Assembly: GCA_016176685.1 (NCBI GenBank)
Contig: JACOWS010000004.1
Coordinates: 2,018 to 66,017, forward strand
Source of the DNA: Patescibacteria group bacterium
GTDB lineage: Bacteria; Patescibacteriota; Minisyncoccia; Phycocordibacterales; SBAW01
Length of the DNA stretch: 64,000 nucleotides
Direction of reading: 5' to 3'
A model generated the notes under the pieces. That model was given only the letters and a program-made list of their open reading frames with translations, did no database searches and was not told the DNA's origin. Within the stretch, counting starts at the first letter, position 1, and the number at the start of each line of letters is the position of its first letter. The translations under genes were made by a program, and so were the position numbers. Positions 27,422 to 36,556 of the stretch are shown here, piece after piece.

Positions 27422-30118
27422 GTGAATGAGGCGATAGATAGGTTGTGGTACACGCATACCGCCCTTGCAGTGCGTAAACAGTTACAAACGAGCGAGCAGG
27501 GCCTCTCCGCCCATGAGGCCGCGGTGCGATTGGCAAAATATGGGCCCAATGTATTGCCCGAGGCAGGGAGAGCTTCCTACCTGGTTATATTTCTGGAGCA
27601 GTTTAAGAGTCCGCTTATATACCTGTTGTTGGGGGCGAGCGTCATCGTGTTTGCGGTGGGGGAGCCTGTCGACAGCGCCATCATAGTGGCGCTCCTTTTG
27701 TTTAACGCGGCGGTAGGTACCGTGCAGGAGGGGCGCGCGCAAAACACTCTTTTAGCGCTTAAAAAGTTTGTGGAGACTACGGCGACGGTCTTGCGCGAAG
27801 GTAAGGAAATAGAGGTTGTCGACCGCGCCGTGGTCCCCGGCGACCTGGTGGTGCTCGAAGAGGGGGAGAAAGTGCCTGCCGACGCGCGCATAGTAATGGC
27901 CAGGAACCTCCAGATAGACGAAGCGTCTCTCACCGGCGAGTCCGGCGCGGTGCATAAGACCGATCGGCCGCTCGCCGCAAAAAATGCTCCGCTAGCCGAG
28001 CAAAAAAACATGGTGTTTAAAGGCACCCACATTGTTTCGGGCAGCGGGCTGGCGGTGGTGGTTGCGGTGGGGCTTGAAACGGCAATTGGAAAAATTGCAA
28101 AAAAAATAGCAACCATAGACTCGGAGATTCCTCTTAAAACCGACATTCGCCGCCTCTCGCGTGTGGTAATTGCCTCGGTACTTTTATTAAGCACGGCACT
28201 TTTTGTGTATGGTATTGTTGTCGGCCACACCGCCAAGGAAATGTTTGTCACCGTGGTATCACTTTCCGTCTCTCTTGTTCCCGAAGGGCTCCCCATTGTC
28301 ATGACGCTGGTGTTGGCGACCGGCGTGTGGCGCATGTCAGGACGAAACGCTTTGGTAAAACGCCTCCAGGCGGTTGAGGCGCTTGGCCAAGCAAGCGTTA
28401 TCGCGGTTGATAAAACAGGTACCGTAACTAAAAACGAGTTGGTGGTACAAAAAATATGGGTGGCAGATGAACTTTTTACCGTAAGCGGCGTCGGCTATGA
28501 GCCGACGGGCAACGTCTCGCTCGGGAAGGGGGTGGTAGACGCTGAGCGCCACCCAGCCCTTAAGTATGTGCTCAAGGCGGCCGCACTGTGTGCGCACGCC
28601 AGATTATTTTTTTCAAAAGAGAAAGGTCAGTGGCGAATCGCCGGGGACCCAACCGAAGCGGCTTTGTTGGTTGCAGCGCAAAAAGTCGGCTTGCATAAGG
28701 AAGCGCTTGTGCAAGAAAATCCGCTGGTCGCGGAAATTCCTTTTGACAACAAGTGTAAGTATCACGCAACAGTACACAACATTGCAGGAACACCACAACT
28801 GACGATTATAGGTGCACCCGAGGTGACCCTACAGCACTCAACCGCTATATGGCAAAATGATTCTTCCCGACCGCTTTCCGCAAAAAAACGCAAAGAGCTC
28901 GAAGAGGTGTTTGTACATATGTCGGAAGAGGGTTTGCGCGTAGTGGCGCTTGCAGTGCGCGCCAAGGTACCGAGCGATGTAACGCACGAGTCTATACAAA
29001 AGCTGACGTTTGTAGGTTTTTTCGGCTTGAAGGATGCTCTGCGCCCCGAGGTGCATGGCGCCTTGGCGAGAGCACGCAGTGCGGGTGTGAGAGTAGTGAT
29101 GATTACCGGCGACCATGCGGTTACCGCACGTGCCATAGCCAGGGACGCGGGAATATATAGGAGCGGGGAAAGGGTGCTCACCGGCGCCGACATCGACGCG
29201 CTCGCCGACACCGAGCTCCCAAACCACCTTGGCCTCGTCTCCGTGTTTGCCCGGGTAACTCCGGAGCATAAACTGCGCATAATAAGGGCATACAAAGAGC
29301 GCGGCGAGGTAGTGGCTATGACCGGCGACGGTGTCAACGACGCGCCCTCTTTGGTGGCGGCCGACCTTGGGGTGGCGATGGGAGGTATTGGTACCGAGGT
29401 GGCTAAAGAGGCGGCCGACATGGTGCTTTTGGACGACAACTTTGGGAGCATTGTATCGGCCATTGAAGAGGGAAGGAGCATATACCAGACAATGAAAAAG
29501 GTCATCCTTTACCTCTTTTCAACGGGGGTGGGCGAGGCGCTCACCATCACGGTGGCTCTCATAGCGGGCCTGCCGCTGCCAGTCCTGGCGGTGCAAATAA
29601 TTTGGCTTAACTTTGTCACCGATGGGTTTCTCGACGTGTCTCTTGCCATGGAGCCAAAGGAAAAGAATTTACTTTCAAGCAGGTTTGGGGGGCGCAAGAG
29701 GATGATGATAGACGGTCTTTCGATACGGCGTATGATTCTAATGGCGACCCCCATGATGGCGGGGACACTCGTTCTCTTTTCGCACTTTGTGACGGCGGGA
29801 GATATGGCCAAGGCGCTTACCGTGTCGCTCACCACGCTCGCCGTTTTCCAGTGGTTTAATGTGTGGAACTGCCGTTCGGAAACGGAGTCTGTTTTCCGCA
29901 TGAACCCGCTCAACAATCCTTTTCTTCTTGGAGCGACTGCAGTTATAATTTCGCTACAAGTGGCGGCGGTGTACACTCCTTTTTTGCAATCTATTCTGCA
30001 CACCGTGCCGCTTGGCTTTTTTGAGTGGATGATGATTATACCGGTAGCTTTCTCTGTTGTAGTGGTAGAAGAGGCGCGCAAGTTTTTGCATAGAAGAAGT
30101 CTCAACCCCGCCTTCTAG
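27422..30118 (+). CDS. P-type cation-transporting ATPase (type IIA, Ca2+/Mg2+-like)
   Basis: DKTGTVT phosphorylation site, TGDGVNDAPSL hinge, ten TM segments, 898 aa. Confidence 0.9.
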   Translation: MNEAIDRLWYTHTALAVRKQLQTSEQGLSAHEAAVRLAKYGPNVLPEAGRASYLVIFLEQFKSPLIYLLLGASVIVFAVGEPVDSAIIVALLLFNAAVGTVQEGRAQNTLLALKKFVETTATVLREGKEIEVVDRAVVPGDLVVLEEGEKVPADARIVMARNLQIDEASLTGESGAVHKTDRPLAAKNAPLAEQKNMVFKGTHIVSGSGLAVVVAVGLETAIGKIAKKIATIDSEIPLKTDIRRLSRVVIASVLLLSTALFVYGIVVGHTAKEMFVTVVSLSVSLVPEGLPIVMTLVLATGVWRMSGRNALVKRLQAVEALGQASVIAVDKTGTVTKNELVVQKIWVADELFTVSGVGYEPTGNVSLGKGVVDAERHPALKYVLKAAALCAHARLFFSKEKGQWRIAGDPTEAALLVAAQKVGLHKEALVQENPLVAEIPFDNKCKYHATVHNIAGTPQLTIIGAPEVTLQHSTAIWQNDSSRPLSAKKRKELEEVFVHMSEEGLRVVALAVRAKVPSDVTHESIQKLTFVGFFGLKDALRPEVHGALARARSAGVRVVMITGDHAVTARAIARDAGIYRSGERVLTGADIDALADTELPNHLGLVSVFARVTPEHKLRIIRAYKERGEVVAMTGDGVNDAPSLVAADLGVAMGGIGTEVAKEAADMVLLDDNFGSIVSAIEEGRSIYQTMKKVILYLFSTGVGEALTITVALIAGLPLPVLAVQIIWLNFVTDGFLDVSLAMEPKEKNLLSSRFGGRKRMMIDGLSIRRMILMATPMMAGTLVLFSHFVTAGDMAKALTVSLTTLAVFQWFNVWNCRSETESVFRMNPLNNPFLLGATAVIISLQVAAVYTPFLQSILHTVPLGFFEWMMIIPVAFSVVVVEEARKFLHRRSLNPAF

Positions 30119-30181
30119 TTATCCACAGAATGTGTGTATTGTATGTATTGCACGTGGAAAGATGTGTTAAATTATCTATAT

Positions 30182-30829
30182 ATGTACACACCTCTCACCT
30201 ACAAGCAAAAGCGCGTGTTGGAGAATATACGCCTCTACATAGGAGCCAAAGGCCAGCCGCCCACACTGGAGGAGCTACGCCGCAACTTGGGGCTCAAGTC
30301 TACCCGCACGGTGGTGCAGTATCTGGAGTCCTTGGAGCAAAAGGGCTATCTGGTGCGTCGCCGCAACGCGTGGCGCAACATAGAGCTGCGCAATGTCGAT
30401 GGCGGGTGGGGAACTGTTTCAGTGCCAGTGGTGGCCAATGTCGGGTGCGACGACCTATCGCTTTTTGCGGAGCAACAGTACGATGAGTTTTTAGAGGTGG
30501 ATAAAAAAATTGTCGAGGAGTCCGGCGACATTGTCGCCGTGCGCGCGGTGGGCGAGAGCATGCTAGACGCCGGTATCCGCGACGGAGACTACATTTTGGT
30601 GCAATTCACCGACCAGGTACAAAACGGCGACAAGGTGGCGGCCATGGTGGGCGACATGGTCACGGTCAAGCGGTATGAAAAGAAAAACGGAGTGGTCATA
30701 CTGTACCCCGAGTCTAAAGACCCGAAGTACAAACCAATAGTCCTGCACGAAGACTTTAAGGTTGCGGGTAAGGTGCTGTGTATTATACCGGCCCCCGAGC
30801 GCGAGCTCACGGAGGTGGTGCCGCTCTAG
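30182..30829 (+). CDS. lexA: LexA repressor (S24 peptidase)
   Basis: LexA wHTH (PTLEELRRNLGLKSTRTVVQYLESLEQKGYL) and S24 domain with GESM Ser and TVKRY Lys. The cleavage-site position reads N-V-G rather than A-A-G. Confidence 0.8.
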   Translation: MYTPLTYKQKRVLENIRLYIGAKGQPPTLEELRRNLGLKSTRTVVQYLESLEQKGYLVRRRNAWRNIELRNVDGGWGTVSVPVVANVGCDDLSLFAEQQYDEFLEVDKKIVEESGDIVAVRAVGESMLDAGIRDGDYILVQFTDQVQNGDKVAAMVGDMVTVKRYEKKNGVVILYPESKDPKYKPIVLHEDFKVAGKVLCIIPAPERELTEVVPL

Positions 30830-30917
30830 GGCTTGCATGTCAGCAGTGTAGGGTATACTAGAGTATACTAGGGTATACGCGTGTAATTAATCATACCCCT
30901 AAGCGTCTTATAATAAT

Positions 30918-31226
30918 ATGATGAAGTGGATTGGAGCAGTACTTATCGTCGTTGCAGTAGCAGGAGTATATGCCTGGTGGAGCGGCATGCTTGGACAGTT
31001 TGGTATAGCAGGCCCGGCACAGATGCAAAATGCAGAGGAAGCCGACAACCAAGCGGCCGGAGGACAGGCCCCAGCGAGCGACCTGCCTACCGCCACTACA
31101 GACACCTCTACTGCCGCTATAGAGCAAGACACTGCCGCGCTTGACGTACAACTCCAAGCGCTTCAAAACGACTCGGCTAGCGTCGACACCAGTCTTAACG
31201 ACGCCGCAGTACCGCAGGAGTATTAA
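30918..31226 (+). CDS. Small secreted hypothetical protein (102 aa)
   Basis: Signal anchor and low-complexity Ala/Asp/Thr-rich sequence. Confidence 0.4.
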   Translation: MMKWIGAVLIVVAVAGVYAWWSGMLGQFGIAGPAQMQNAEEADNQAAGGQAPASDLPTATTDTSTAAIEQDTAALDVQLQALQNDSASVDTSLNDAAVPQEY

Positions 31227-31231
31227 TCACA

Positions 31232-32095
31232 TTGCACGAAAATCATATGACACGCACACACTATATAAAGATATTAATATCACTTTTTATCGGAGCGCCG
31301 CTGTTAGTGCCGGTGTTTGCGATGGCGCAGCTTAACAGCGCAGATATAAACGCCACTGTTAACGCAAAAGCCGAAGTCCGCACCAATGCGGGAACAGGAG
31401 CAACACTTTCCGCAACCACAACGGCACGTATGGAAAAGGCGCGCACCAAGGCGGCGCAAGAAATAGAACGCCGCATCGAGGCTTTGACCAAGATAAATGC
31501 CCGCATAAGCGAGGTAACCAAAATTTCCGACCAGTTTAAGACTAACCTCAACACCAACATACAAAATCAAATAACTGCCCTGACTGCGCTTAAGGTAAAA
31601 ATAGAGGGAGATACAGACCTAAACACGCTCAAGACAGACGTGCAATCGATAACAAAATCGTACCGCGTGTTTGCACTGGTAATGCCGCAGACGCACATTG
31701 CCGCTATGGCCGACCGCATGGCAACGGCAATAAACATCATGATAGGGGTAGGCAACAAGCTTCAAACGCGCCTAACGGAGATGCAAAATGCCGGTAGCGA
31801 TGTCAGTACTCTCATTACCACCTTGTCTGACATGGGGACCAAGATATCCGACGCTCAAGCGAAGGCGCAAGCGGCGGTCAACGTCACCGCAACGCTTGTA
31901 CCGGACGACGGTGACAAGGAAAAAATGGCGGCCAACAAAGCGGCTCTTAGAGAGGGACGCGACAATCTCAATGCGGCACATCAAGACCTGGTTGACGCGC
32001 GCAAATACATCACCACGATACTTAAGGGTATTCGTGAGATATCTGCAAGCGCCTCGGCATCTGCAGACACTTCCGCTACTGTGGAGACGCAGTAG
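31232..32095 (+). CDS. Secreted coiled-coil hypothetical protein (287 aa)
   Basis: Signal peptide and Ala/Thr/Lys-rich heptad-like sequence. Confidence 0.45.
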   Translation: MHENHMTRTHYIKILISLFIGAPLLVPVFAMAQLNSADINATVNAKAEVRTNAGTGATLSATTTARMEKARTKAAQEIERRIEALTKINARISEVTKISDQFKTNLNTNIQNQITALTALKVKIEGDTDLNTLKTDVQSITKSYRVFALVMPQTHIAAMADRMATAINIMIGVGNKLQTRLTEMQNAGSDVSTLITTLSDMGTKISDAQAKAQAAVNVTATLVPDDGDKEKMAANKAALREGRDNLNAAHQDLVDARKYITTILKGIREISASASASADTSATVETQ

Positions 32096-32134
32096 AGCAA
32101 CTCTTGTGTCCGCGCCGACCGCTACTATTATTCA

Positions 32135-32878
32135 ATGATCGAAATTCTTGCGGCATCTCTGCTCGTGATGCTCGCCTCTTTGGTGGGAGTGTTTTCTCTG
32201 TGGCGGAGGGCGGAAAAAATAATCGAACGAAATTTAGATTTTTTAGTCAGCTTTTCTGCGGGTGTGTTTGTGGTGATAGTGTACCGTCTCGCAGTTGAGA
32301 CAATAGAACATGCGGGGCAGGCAGTATGGGGTTTTACGTGGATACTCGTTGGAGCGCTCTTCATATGGGTCATATGTAAGTTGCTACCGGCAACCCACAT
32401 GCACGCAGAGCCGGGCGACGAAACACGCGTTGACCCGCGGAAAATTTTAGTGAGTGACAGCATACACAACGTAGGTGATGGTGTTCTCCTTGCCGCTACG
32501 TTTTCGGTGAGCGTTGCGCTTGGTATTGCAACGACAGCGAGCGTTCTCATTCACGAAGTTCTTCAGGAAATTTCTGAGTTTTTTATATTACGTAAGGGAG
32601 GATACACACCGCAGAAAGCGCTCTCACTCAATTTTCTTACCTCAAGTTCCATACTCGTTGGTTCTGTCGGGGGTTTTTTCTTTCTCGAGCTATTCGAGTA
32701 CCTTGAATCTCCACTCCTTGGGTTTGCAGCCGGAGCGCTACTGGTCGTGGTACTCACGGACCTCATCCCGCACTCGATAAGCGGTTCATACGAGCGGTCG
32801 CATTACGCCAAGCACCTTTTGTTGTTTCTCATCGGAGTAGCGCTGATGCTCGCGGTGAGTGTATTTGCCGCCCACTAG
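32135..32878 (+). CDS. ZIP family metal (zinc) transporter
   Basis: HNVGDGVLLAATF and HEVLQEISEF motifs. Eight TM helices. Confidence 0.75.
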   Translation: MIEILAASLLVMLASLVGVFSLWRRAEKIIERNLDFLVSFSAGVFVVIVYRLAVETIEHAGQAVWGFTWILVGALFIWVICKLLPATHMHAEPGDETRVDPRKILVSDSIHNVGDGVLLAATFSVSVALGIATTASVLIHEVLQEISEFFILRKGGYTPQKALSLNFLTSSSILVGSVGGFFFLELFEYLESPLLGFAAGALLVVVLTDLIPHSISGSYERSHYAKHLLLFLIGVALMLAVSVFAAH

Positions 32879-32893
32879 CGCTATACTTACCGT

Positions 32894-33124
32894 ATGCAAG
32901 AACCCTTCGATACTACTCAAGGCGGGCAGTTAGACCGTATGGAAATAAAACTTGCCGAGATTTCCGGCAAAATCGACGAGGTACACGCATCGGCTGAAAA
33001 GATGCGCAGATATTTTTTATGGACTCTATGGGTGACTATTGGACTTATCGTAGTGCCGTTGCTTATACTCCCCATGGTGTTGCCGACATTTTTGCAGACG
33101 CTCGTCTTGCCGGCCGGGTTTTAG
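32894..33124 (+). CDS. Small hypothetical membrane protein (76 aa)
   Basis: ORF track only. One or two TM helices. Confidence 0.3.
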   Translation: MQEPFDTTQGGQLDRMEIKLAEISGKIDEVHASAEKMRRYFLWTLWVTIGLIVVPLLILPMVLPTFLQTLVLPAGF

Positions 33125-33293
33125 TTTTTGCGTGCCAAGCGACGGCATATAAATAAAAAAAGAGTAAAAAAGCAAAAATAGCGCAGTAGGATCAACTCTT
33201 GTAAAAACAAAAAATACGTTGTAGAGTGGAGCCAGAACGCTCTCCTGGTTTGCCCGTGCGCATTATTGGTGTTTTTAAACCAAGACTTTTACC

Positions 33294-34295
33294 ATGTCTA
33301 TCTTCATAAAATCTCTAGGGTTTTCAATACTTTTTGCCGTTTCGGCATTCTCTATAGTACCTATGGTCGCTTCAGCCGATACCCCTTGGTGGTGCGACAC
33401 CAGCTTTGGCGCATGGTGGGGTGTAGGCAACTGCGGTACCACAACCGGCCCCGCAGGGGTCTTGGTATATGTGCAAACGCCGTCCCATGGAAATTACTAC
33501 AACATCGCACCACGCCAGCCCTCAGACTTTACCGTTTCTGTCTCCGGGCAAAATCCTTCCCCGACAACTTTTTTGGGCTCATTGAATGGGTCTCCGGTGT
33601 TGCTTGGTTCCGGCTCATACTCGGTGTATGTAAGCGGCGACTTGTACGGATATACGCCCAGCTACTCGTCCGGATGCTCGGGCGCCATTGCCGTTGGCGA
33701 GCACGCGCTGTGCGTTATCACTATGAGCGGCTCATCCTACTCTTCGTACCCAACACCATACCCATACCCCTGCACCGTGGGCCCCTATGGTTGTACTTAC
33801 CAGCTGCCCTCACTGTCTTGCACGCCGTCGTACCAATCGGTTGCGGCGGGCAGTGCCGCAACGTTTACTGCGGTGGGAGGCAGTGGCTCATACAATTGGA
33901 CGACCCCTAGCCGCACGTACCTTAGTGTAGGTCCTGTGCTTTCTGTGGTGTTGCAGTCGTACGGCACACAGACTGTAGTGGTGACAAGCGGCTCACAAAG
34001 CGCTATCTGCACGGTAAACGTTGTTGCAGGAGCGCCGGTCTACCCGGTAGTCTCTGGTATCACCCCCACCATCGCGGTTCCTGCCGTAGTATATTCTCCG
34101 GGCGGCGCGGTTTCCGTGGCTCCATCCTCGGCCGTGTACACCGCTTCTTCCTATGTAGTCGCGCCCGGCCTCCCCAACACAGGTTTTGAACCTGTCGACG
34201 GAGCCGCAATGGCGCTTGCATTAGTCTTTCTTTTTGGCGCAGGCATCTTCGTACTTCCGTATGTCAGAAAAGCTTCTGCTTCTATACTCGGCTAG
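33294..34295 (+). CDS. LPXTG-anchored surface protein (sortase substrate)
   Basis: N-terminal signal peptide. C-terminal sorting signal LPNTG followed by a hydrophobic stretch and RKAS tail. Cys/Ser/Thr-rich body. Confidence 0.75.
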   Translation: MSIFIKSLGFSILFAVSAFSIVPMVASADTPWWCDTSFGAWWGVGNCGTTTGPAGVLVYVQTPSHGNYYNIAPRQPSDFTVSVSGQNPSPTTFLGSLNGSPVLLGSGSYSVYVSGDLYGYTPSYSSGCSGAIAVGEHALCVITMSGSSYSSYPTPYPYPCTVGPYGCTYQLPSLSCTPSYQSVAAGSAATFTAVGGSGSYNWTTPSRTYLSVGPVLSVVLQSYGTQTVVVTSGSQSAICTVNVVAGAPVYPVVSGITPTIAVPAVVYSPGGAVSVAPSSAVYTASSYVVAPGLPNTGFEPVDGAAMALALVFLFGAGIFVLPYVRKASASILG

Positions 34296-34971
34296 GTCGG
34301 GGGTTCTTGTTGAGCCGCCGCGGGCTTCTCCGCGGTGGCGTACCGCCGCTGCTCTCATGGGGATACTGATGATTCTTGTCGGTGCGGCAGATGCTACGTC
34401 ACGCCTTGCCCAGAGCGTGTTTGGCAGTGGGGCGGGTGTGGCCGCCTTTGCTCCGGTTGCGACTATCGGCAACCCATCACTACTCGCACTCCTTCAAGCG
34501 GGGCAATCACCGGCTACCACCACCGCGCTCTTACCGGCGCGCATTATGGTCGGTGCCGCCCTCGTTGACGCCGCAGTGGAGCCGGTCGGCAAAAAACCGG
34601 ACGGCTCGATGGACACGCCCAAAAATTTTACCGATGTCGCCTGGTACTCGCTCGGGGCAAAACCGGGGGAAGCGGGCAATGCGGTGTTTGCCGGACATGT
34701 AAACAACGCGCTCGGAACCGCAGGAGTTTTTGAACATCTTACCGACATCTCCATCGGTGACCAGATAGTAATCGCAGATGTGCAGGGGCGCATGCTTACC
34801 TACGTGGTACGCGCTGTGGATCTATACCGGGTAGACACCGCTCCTTTGGAAACCATTTTTAGAATGGTAGGTCCATCACAAGTGGTGCTTATCACGTGCG
34901 AAGGCGTGTGGGACAAAGACACGCGCTCGTACACCAAACGCCTGGTGGTGACCGCCAGCCTGGAAATGTAG
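34261..34971 (+). CDS. Sortase family transpeptidase
   Basis: N-terminal TM. Catalytic VFAGH (His) and LITC (Cys) motifs. Overlaps the end of its LPNTG substrate gene by 35 nt. Confidence 0.8.
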   Translation: MSEKLLLLYSARSGVLVEPPRASPRWRTAAALMGILMILVGAADATSRLAQSVFGSGAGVAAFAPVATIGNPSLLALLQAGQSPATTTALLPARIMVGAALVDAAVEPVGKKPDGSMDTPKNFTDVAWYSLGAKPGEAGNAVFAGHVNNALGTAGVFEHLTDISIGDQIVIADVQGRMLTYVVRAVDLYRVDTAPLETIFRMVGPSQVVLITCEGVWDKDTRSYTKRLVVTASLEM

Positions 34972-35136
34972 CCAGGGGTTTCTTGCAGAGTGTTTTGCTT
35001 GTGTTTCTATACACTTGTGCTAAGGTGGGGTCGTTCGCAGTTAAGTCTCCGGTGCCGCACTCCAAGTGCAGTTTGGCAGGAGGAGGGTCGCCTTACGCGA
35101 ACAGTATTAGTTTAGATCTCGTGTTTCGCGTAATAT

Positions 35137-35391
35137 ATGGCACGCAAATTGTTTGTTGGCGGCCTTCCGTACCGCACCACCGGGGATGAGCTGAAAGATG
35201 CTTTTTCCCAAGCGGGCGAAGTCGCCACTGCTTCTGTCGTGACGGATCGCGAGACCGGCCGCTCACGGGGCTTCGGCTTCGTTGAGATGGTCAATGACGG
35301 GGACGCCGACAAAGCCATCGATATGTGGAATGGCAAAGAGTTCGACGGTCGCACGCTCACGGTCTCTGAAGCTCGTCCGAAAGCGGCTTAA
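35137..35391 (+). CDS. RNA-binding protein with RRM domain
   Basis: RNP2 KLFVGGL and RNP1 RGFGFVEM. Confidence 0.85.
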   Translation: MARKLFVGGLPYRTTGDELKDAFSQAGEVATASVVTDRETGRSRGFGFVEMVNDGDADKAIDMWNGKEFDGRTLTVSEARPKAA

Positions 35392-35465
35392 TCCTTCGAT
35401 TTCTCGAACGGTTTTCAAAGCGCCCCCAAGAGCAATTGAGGGGCGTTTTGCTATGCTGTGGTGGT

Positions 35466-36254
35466 ATGAAGAAGCTGCTTTCTGAAATAAAAAGATATTA
35501 TCGCGCACATAAACGCGACCTACCGTGGCGGCATACCCGCGACCCATACAAAATTTTGGTGTCGGAGATGATGCTCCAACAAACCCAAGTGGGGCGGGTA
35601 CTGCCATTTTATAAAAAGTTTATACGCGAGTTCCCGAATGCACGAACCTTGGCGAATGCAAAGTTGTCGGCCGTGTTAAAAATGTGGAGCGGCTTGGGCT
35701 ACAACCGCCGCGCGAAATACCTGCACGAAGCGGCGAAGATTATTGCGCGAGAGGGGATCATTGGGCAAAAGCTCCCGGGTGTAGGGCTATACACCGGCGC
35801 CGCAGTGGATGCTTTTGCTCATAACAAACCCACCGTTTTTGTCGAAACCAACATCCGCACCGTATTCTTTCATTCTTACATACTTGAGAATATAAGGATG
35901 ACCGATGCACAGCTGTTGCCGCTGGTTGGGCAGGCACTCCGGCAGTCCAAAATGCAGCCGCGGGATTTTTACGCGGCGCTCATGGACTACGGCGCGCATC
36001 TCAAAGGGCAGGGGGTGCGGCTCAACAAAAAAAGCGCGCACTACACACGCCCAAAAAAGTTTGAGGGCTCCACCCGCCAACTGCGGGGCGCGATACTAAA
36101 AATAGTGCTCCACGCGCCCCGCAGCACCCTAAGCTCTGTAACAAAAAACCTCCCGCGTTCTGCCAATTGGCAGAAGCGAGAGGTCTTGAGAGTGCTGGCC
36201 CAGCTGAAAAAAGAGGGGCTAGTTCGCCGTCACAAAGGAAAATATCTTGTGTGA
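35466..36254 (+). CDS. HhH-GPD family DNA glycosylase (MutY/EndoIII-like)
   Basis: LVSEMMLQQTQV and HhH-GPD region. No obvious C-terminal Fe-S cysteine cluster. Start taken at MKKLLSEI. Confidence 0.7.
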   Translation: MKKLLSEIKRYYRAHKRDLPWRHTRDPYKILVSEMMLQQTQVGRVLPFYKKFIREFPNARTLANAKLSAVLKMWSGLGYNRRAKYLHEAAKIIAREGIIGQKLPGVGLYTGAAVDAFAHNKPTVFVETNIRTVFFHSYILENIRMTDAQLLPLVGQALRQSKMQPRDFYAALMDYGAHLKGQGVRLNKKSAHYTRPKKFEGSTRQLRGAILKIVLHAPRSTLSSVTKNLPRSANWQKREVLRVLAQLKKEGLVRRHKGKYLV

Positions 36255-36484
36255 AATCTATCCACAATTTCGTGGATTATTGCATACAACAACGACCCCA
36301 CCTCCTCCTCGGCAACTTCTATACCGCTCCCTTTGCACTCCCCATCTGAGCGCATAAGCCATTCAACTCCTTCTTTTTTAAGCGGGGGGCGATGAGGGGC
36401 AAGAGTAAGCCGTCCATTTGCACCCGCTATCGCCGGCCGTTCGGTGTCACACACCGGACATTTGCATCGCTTTTTTATCGGCAT
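36230..36484 (-). CDS. Hypothetical small protein with CxC-P-x-C zinc-ribbon-like motif
   Basis: ORF track only. Converges on, and slightly overlaps, the MutY-like 3' end. Confidence 0.25.
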   Translation of the reverse strand: MPIKKRCKCPVCDTERPAIAGANGRLTLAPHRPPLKKEGVEWLMRSDGECKGSGIEVAEEEVGSLLYAIIHEIVDRFHTRYFPL

Positions 36485-36556
36485 AACATCCTCTTTTTTC
36501 TGCCGTATTTGTACCGTCCTTCCTCGTTGTAACGCCACGGTGCGTCAACGTCAACC

